DNA from: Thermodesulfobacteriota bacterium
GTDB taxonomy: Bacteria; Desulfobacterota; RBG-13-43-22
Direction of reading: 5' to 3'
Assembly: GCA_040755035.1 (NCBI GenBank)
Contig: JBFMBU010000030.1
Span: forward strand, 41,045-105,044
DNA length: 64,000 nucleotides
The notes beneath the pieces are model-generated. The model saw only the letters and a list, made by a program, of their open reading frames with translations, had not been told where the DNA came from and did no database searches. Position numbers and translations under genes: made by a program. This document shows positions 59,570 through 64,000 of the stretch, one piece after another (position 1 is the first letter of the stretch; every line of letters begins with the position of its first letter).

Positions 59570-60019
59570 TCACGGAAGATGTAAGATATCTTCGAGATCT
59601 TTGTGTCTCCCGGCAGCCTGTTTATTCTTTTTAAGATCCGGAAGGGAAATCAGATTGACTTGAATTCCTTCGATCTCTGCCACCTCTCTATTGGAAAAAC
59701 ATTCCTTGAAATCAACTCCGGAAGCATCGGTAATCACTTCCAGTCGAACCGGCGGTACCCCCATCCGGATTACCTTTTTCATTTCCAAAAAAAGGTCTTC
59801 GTAAACAATATCTCTCGGCACCCCAAAGGCCTGAAAGGCGGAAGTTATCTTCTTGGCATTTGTTTCGCTGCGTTCTATCCAAATGTCCATATCACCGGTC
59901 GATCTCGGGTACCCGTGATATCCAACGGCATACCCGCCGACCAGAAGATATTTGACCTCAAAAAAGGTCAGCAGTCTCAAGAAATCTTTGAAGTCTGGAT
60001 GTAGCTCTATCCTGGCCAT
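59570..60019 (-). CDS. Minimal nucleotidyltransferase-fold protein
   Basis: GGYAVGYHGYPRSTGDMDIWI (GS...DxD NTase motif); C-terminal GRHKDLEDI. Confidence 0.55.
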   Translation of the reverse strand: MARIELHPDFKDFLRLLTFFEVKYLLVGGYAVGYHGYPRSTGDMDIWIERSETNAKKITSAFQAFGVPRDIVYEDLFLEMKKVIRMGVPPVRLEVITDASGVDFKECFSNREVAEIEGIQVNLISLPDLKKNKQAAGRHKDLEDILHLP

Positions 60020-60185
60020 AGATCATCCTTCTATTGATTTCGACAGCTTCAATCCTTTCCAGAGGACTCTTGGTGCCCCAATAACGCTTTTCTTCGGCAA
60101 TTTCGTCTAGAGAAGCGATTTGGATTATTTCTTTTTTCAGACTTGGAAGTTTGTCCATTTCTCCACCTCCTTTAAGATATACCAC
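59958..60185 (-). CDS. Small hypothetical protein upstream of, and overlapping, the nucleotidyltransferase gene
   Basis: ORF only; 62-nt overlap with the downstream gene. Confidence 0.25.
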   Translation of the reverse strand: MVYLKGGGEMDKLPSLKKEIIQIASLDEIAEEKRYWGTKSPLERIEAVEINRRMIYGQDRATSRLQRFLETADLF

Positions 60186-60595
60186 TCTTTTTTTAAAAAA
60201 AGAAAGTGCTGCGGAAGGATGCGCAGGTTCGCTGAAGTGGACCTCCAGATCTTGAGGAGTAGTGTATTAAGAACATTAAGGTTAATTATAACTTAACCGG
60301 TTAATTTGTCAATAAAATGATAAAAAGAAAAAAAGACAAAGTCAAAGAGAAAACCAGGTCAAGAACCGATCGATTAATCTGGAAAAACATCATAGATCTC
60401 TTGGATCAGTGACGGTGAACTTAGGTACCATCGGTCTGGGATTCTCCTCCAGTTCTATGACGCATGGAATAAGGTCATCTTTTTTTTAACGGTCTCCCCG
60501 AGAAGCGTTACTATTGAAACCATAATATCCGACCATTTGCTCTCTCTGATCCGGAATATTGGAGATCATGGCCGTTCACCTTGTTAGGGAAAAGA

Positions 60596-61667
60596 GGGAC
60601 GTTGGTTCTAAAACAACTTGACAAAAGGGGAAAGAAGGGATAATCTCTCAATATGCCAAGACAACCAAGACTTGATACAACCGGTGCATTGCATCATATT
60701 ATGGGGCGGGGGATTGAAGGGAAAGAGGTATTTGCCGACCAGAAGGATTGTGAGGATTTTCTTCGCCGGCTTAAGGATCTTTGTGAGAATGAGGCCTTAA
60801 GTATTTATGCCTGGGCCTTGATGGACAACCACTTTCATCTTTTGGCCAGGACTGGAAGGTTATCTCTATCTGAAAGTATGCGGAAGCTTTTAACCGGCTA
60901 TGTGGTCAACTATAACCGCCGACATAAAAGATATGGCCATCTTTTTCAAAACCGATTTAAATCCATTCTATGTGAAGATGATCCTTACCTATTGGAGTTG
61001 ACGCGATATATACATCTGAATCCTATCAGGGCCGGGGTAGTTAAGGATATGAAGTCGTTGAGTAGATATGAAAGGTGCGGCCATTCGGCTATTATGGGGG
61101 TTATTAATCGTTCTTGGCAGGATCGGGACACGATTTTGTTCTATTTTGGCAAGAAACGGAAAGCTGCGATTGGAAAATATGAGCAATTTGTCAAGGATGG
61201 GATTAAGGCTGGAGGCCGGCCGGAACTTGTGGGAGGAGGGCTGATTCGGAGCCTTGGGGGATGGTCCCAGGTTCTTTCGCTAAAAAGGACCGGGAAAAAG
61301 ATATTTTCAGATGAACGAATATTAGGGGGAAGTGATTTTGTAAAAGAGGCGATCAAGGATGCAGAGGAAAAAGAAAGGGAGACACTGCGATTAAATCTAA
61401 AGATATCCGATATTGCCTCATGGGCAGAAAAGATAAGCCAGGGAGAGGGCGTTGATAAATCCGAATTACGTTCAGGGATAAGGAAAAGAGAGGTGGTAAA
61501 AGCTCGAAAGATATTTTGCCAGTTGACGGTAAAAAAGATGGGGTATTCCGGAGCAGAGGTTGCTCGATTTCTTGGCATCACAACTTCGGCTGTAAATCGT
61601 TTGGCCGTCTCAGAGGAGTTACCGGAAATAATGAAATATCTTTAAGTTGTTTTGGAACCAACGTCCC
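60596..61667 (+). mobile_element. About 1.07-kb unit: Y1 (HUH) IS200/RAYT-like transposase-DnaA_C fusion gene flanked by 24-bp terminal inverted repeats (gggacgttggttctaaaacaactt / aagttgttttggaaccaacgtccc)
   Basis: IRs seen directly with 1 mismatch; the right IR overlaps the stop codon. Confidence 0.6.
60653..61645 (+). CDS. REP-associated-tyrosine-transposase-like (IS200-like Y1, HxH plus YIHLNPIRAG motifs) fused to a DnaA-C-terminal-like HTH domain
   Basis: DNHFHLL HUH motif, RYIHLNPIRAGVV Tyr motif, and a C-terminal HTH (GYSGAEVARFLGITTSAV). Confidence 0.8.
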   Translation: MPRQPRLDTTGALHHIMGRGIEGKEVFADQKDCEDFLRRLKDLCENEALSIYAWALMDNHFHLLARTGRLSLSESMRKLLTGYVVNYNRRHKRYGHLFQNRFKSILCEDDPYLLELTRYIHLNPIRAGVVKDMKSLSRYERCGHSAIMGVINRSWQDRDTILFYFGKKRKAAIGKYEQFVKDGIKAGGRPELVGGGLIRSLGGWSQVLSLKRTGKKIFSDERILGGSDFVKEAIKDAEEKERETLRLNLKISDIASWAEKISQGEGVDKSELRSGIRKREVVKARKIFCQLTVKKMGYSGAEVARFLGITTSAVNRLAVSEELPEIMKYL

Positions 61668-61696
61668 ATTATGACAAGAGGAAATAACATCGAGGG

Positions 61697-62899
61697 ATGG
61701 ACTCAAAAGATCGATTTCAGGCCTTAGATACCGATGATGGAAAAGACAACACCGGCCAAATGGTCGGCGTTGGTATCATGTCCTTTATTCTTTTCCTCAG
61801 TACATTGGTTGGTCTACCTGTTCTGCCTGCTCTGGCTATAGAGCTTGGTGCAGGTCCAACCGGCGCAGCATTTGTAGTTTCCGCCGCCTTGATGACCGTT
61901 GTTTCCGTCCAATTCTTTGCCGGCGTTTTGGCCGATCGTTACTCAAAACGGAGGTTAATCCTGATCGGGGCTTTAATGGGAGCCATATCGTCTCTATTGT
62001 GTGTGTTTGCCAATCATTGGACGCAGTTAGCGGCACTTCGTATTCTTGGAGGTATCGCCGATGCCATAGCCATGCCGGCTTTGTTGGCCACAACAGCATC
62101 CTTGGGAAAAAATACCCCGGGTAAATTTTTCGGCATTTTGCGCGGCAGCCAGGGTTTGTCTTTTGTAATAGGGCCAGCGCTGGGTGCGGCATTTTCTCTC
62201 CGCTCCCTGCGGACCCCTTTTTTTGTCGATGGGGTTTTATCATTAATAGCTTTCTTCGTGGCCATGAGATTGCTTGCCGGAACAGAAAAAGCTAAGTCGG
62301 AGCACAACCTCCGCGTATTTCAATCGCTTCGAACGACCCTTTCAACTCCCCGATTTTTTCTTTTCCTTCTGATGGGTATCTCTGGCTTGTTCGGTTTTGG
62401 AGTCCTATCCTGCTTTATCCCGATAAAATCGCTGCTTGTCGGTTTGGAGGCTTGGCAGATCGGTTTGATTTTGACTGGAGGGGCACTAAGCTTCTCCAGT
62501 GTTTCCTTCATTATAGGGACGCTTTCTGATAAATTCGGCCGAAGGGTGTTTGTAATTATATCTCAGGTAATTATGGTCATAGGCTGTACCGGACTTGCCC
62601 TCCATAACACCTTTTCCCTGTTACTGATCTATTATTGTATTTTTTGCGTAGGCGAGGCCACAACCTTTTTGTTAAGTTTTGTATATGCAGCCGAAATCTT
62701 TTCTAAGGAAAATATCGGCACTTCGATGGGGGTCTTTGACTCCTTAATGGACCTTTCACTTTTGATAGCGCCTTTATTGGCTCTTTCCGTCCATAAGGTC
62801 TCCGGAAATATTCCTTTGGTTATCATGCTGGGTTCAATACCTGCTGTTTTTACCTTGGTAGGTTTAATATTTTGGCTACCCCGCGAGAAGACTGGTTAA
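61697..62899 (+). CDS. MFS transporter
   Basis: 12 TM; MFS loop motif (DRYSKRRLIL). Confidence 0.8.
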   Translation: MDSKDRFQALDTDDGKDNTGQMVGVGIMSFILFLSTLVGLPVLPALAIELGAGPTGAAFVVSAALMTVVSVQFFAGVLADRYSKRRLILIGALMGAISSLLCVFANHWTQLAALRILGGIADAIAMPALLATTASLGKNTPGKFFGILRGSQGLSFVIGPALGAAFSLRSLRTPFFVDGVLSLIAFFVAMRLLAGTEKAKSEHNLRVFQSLRTTLSTPRFFLFLLMGISGLFGFGVLSCFIPIKSLLVGLEAWQIGLILTGGALSFSSVSFIIGTLSDKFGRRVFVIISQVIMVIGCTGLALHNTFSLLLIYYCIFCVGEATTFLLSFVYAAEIFSKENIGTSMGVFDSLMDLSLLIAPLLALSVHKVSGNIPLVIMLGSIPAVFTLVGLIFWLPREKTG

Positions 62900-63063
62900 C
62901 TACACGGAGAAAATGGGCAGGTTGTAAATTATAAATTTTTCCTTTGCAGGGGGCGGCGTAATAGGGGGTAATCCAGCCGGGAAAATCCCTATTGGCAAAA
63001 AAGCCCCTTTGTTCCTCTTATGTCAATATTATTTCGGAACCCTTAATATTTTAAGGAGAAATT

Positions 63064-64000
63064 TTGAAATACCGGGTAGATATCGCCACCGCTAATAAAG
63101 CGAAATCCGACCTGTCGACTTTTATTGACGGAAAGGATAATCGGCTTCTGAATAAAGTGGGGGCCTTTGCCTCCCTCTTTTCTCTCGATCTTTCCCGGTT
63201 TAAGGAACCGGTTCTGGTTCTGAAAACGGAGGAGCCAGGTAGTAAACAGGTCCTGGCTTTCCAACAGGACCGGATTGAATCGGTTTGTTTTGACATGATC
63301 CATCACCTGATTAATGATTGCATAGTCATGGGGGCCGAGCCTCTGGCCGTTCAAGACCTCATTGTTTGTGGAAAAATGGACCCCGGAATTGTCAAAAGAG
63401 TTGTCTCAGCCTGTGCGGCTGCCTGCCAGGCCCAGGGGTGTGTGCTGACCGGGGGAGAAACCACCGAACAGCCGGACGTGGTTCCCTCCGGAACCTATAT
63501 TTTGGGTTCCAGTATTGTCGGGATTGTGGAACGAAGCCGTATTATCGACGGATCGAAAATCCGGGCCGGTGACGTGGTGATAGGAGTCGGCTCGTCGGGA
63601 TTACATACCAACGGATATACGCTAATCAGGGATTTGCTGGCTCGAAATGAAAGGTTGGCTGAGAAGTGTGTAGGGCAAATCACCTTCCTGGATGCCGTGT
63701 TAGAACCTCATCGGTGCTACTATCAGTCTCTTAAGGGTTTATTCGAGGCAGAGAGCTTGCGTGGACTTGCGCACATTACCGGCGGCGGGGTCAAGGAGAA
63801 CCTGAATCGAATACTGCCCGCCAATGTCGATGCCGAGATAGACTTAAGTGCCTATCGAGTGCCGGAGATATTCAGCGTAATAAAACAGGAATCACGGCTC
63901 TCAGATGATGATATGCTGCACACCTTCAATATGGGGGTGGGCCTGATCGCAGTTTGCTCCCCTGATCTGGCCTCTGATGTCTTGGGGCATTTAAATGATT
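63064..64000 (+). CDS. purM: Phosphoribosylformylglycinamidine cyclo-ligase PurM (AIR synthetase), 3' end outside window; TTG start
   Basis: Not in the ORF track (no stop in window). Own translation gives LKYRVDIATANKAKSD...MGAEPLAVQDL...GGETTEQPD...HITGGG, with RBS aaggag 5 nt upstream. Confidence 0.8.
   Translation, partial: MKYRVDIATANKAKSDLSTFIDGKDNRLLNKVGAFASLFSLDLSRFKEPVLVLKTEEPGSKQVLAFQQDRIESVCFDMIHHLINDCIVMGAEPLAVQDLIVCGKMDPGIVKRVVSACAAACQAQGCVLTGGETTEQPDVVPSGTYILGSSIVGIVERSRIIDGSKIRAGDVVIGVGSSGLHTNGYTLIRDLLARNERLAEKCVGQITFLDAVLEPHRCYYQSLKGLFEAESLRGLAHITGGGVKENLNRILPANVDAEIDLSAYRVPEIFSVIKQESRLSDDDMLHTFNMGVGLIAVCSPDLASDVLGHLND

Overview
This 64-kb window looks like it comes from an anaerobic deltaproteobacterium (Desulfobacterota). 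That placement is inferred from the gene content (Hdr/Mvh/MetFV, Tol-Pal, many PAS histidine kinases, OFA-type MFS, TctABC) and GC-rich coding, not from any search. Positions I derived by counting sequence lines may be off by 1-2 nt; ORF-track coordinates were used wherever possible.

Layout, left to right:
- **1-4.4 kb:** an HdrA-like flavoprotein (5' partial), an MvhD-like protein that seems to be a selenoprotein (in-frame TGA), and a MetV-like plus MetF methylene-THF reductase pair, i.e. a putative electron-bifurcating MTHFR module. A bidirectional rho-independent terminator follows.
- **4.5-9.7 kb:** a complete Tol-Pal cluster (cpoB-pal-tolB-tolA-tolR-tolQ).
- **9.9-14 kb:** a GcvH-like protein lacking the lipoyl-lysine, then lspA-ileS.
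- **14-19 kb:** a HAD hydrolase; a radical-SAM enzyme with an unusual Cx4Cx2C motif plus a small Cys-rich TIGR04076-like protein, preceded by a dense GTCGA-palindrome-rich leader; a DUF4139-like protein and an outer-membrane beta-barrel protein.
- **19.5-24.1 kb:** acs, an OFA-family MFS transporter and an AcuC/HDAC-like deacetylase.
- **24.3-35 kb:** a response regulator, three sensor kinases (one hybrid), an embedded thiolase-like gene, a YfiR-like gene and a TonB-dependent receptor.
- **36.3-52 kb:** a catabolic-looking locus: MarR, a cytoplasmic molybdopterin oxidoreductase with a 4x[4Fe-4S] partner, GntR, two biotin-less carboxyltransferases, an acyl-CoA ligase, TctBAC, an enoyl-CoA hydratase, a group-II PLP enzyme, and a truncated biotinyl-domain remnant.
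- **53.6-61.7 kb:** an accessory island: an AAA ATPase remnant, VapBC, HigBA, an IS110-family IS, GNAT, a frameshifted MazG-like gene, a minimal nucleotidyltransferase cassette, and a RAYT/IS200-like-DnaA_C gene flanked by 24-bp inverted repeats.
- **61.7-64 kb:** an MFS transporter and the 5' part of purM.

A 14-nt motif, GTTTCCATCCGGAA, recurs in several 5' leader regions. No tRNA, rRNA or CRISPR array was recognised.
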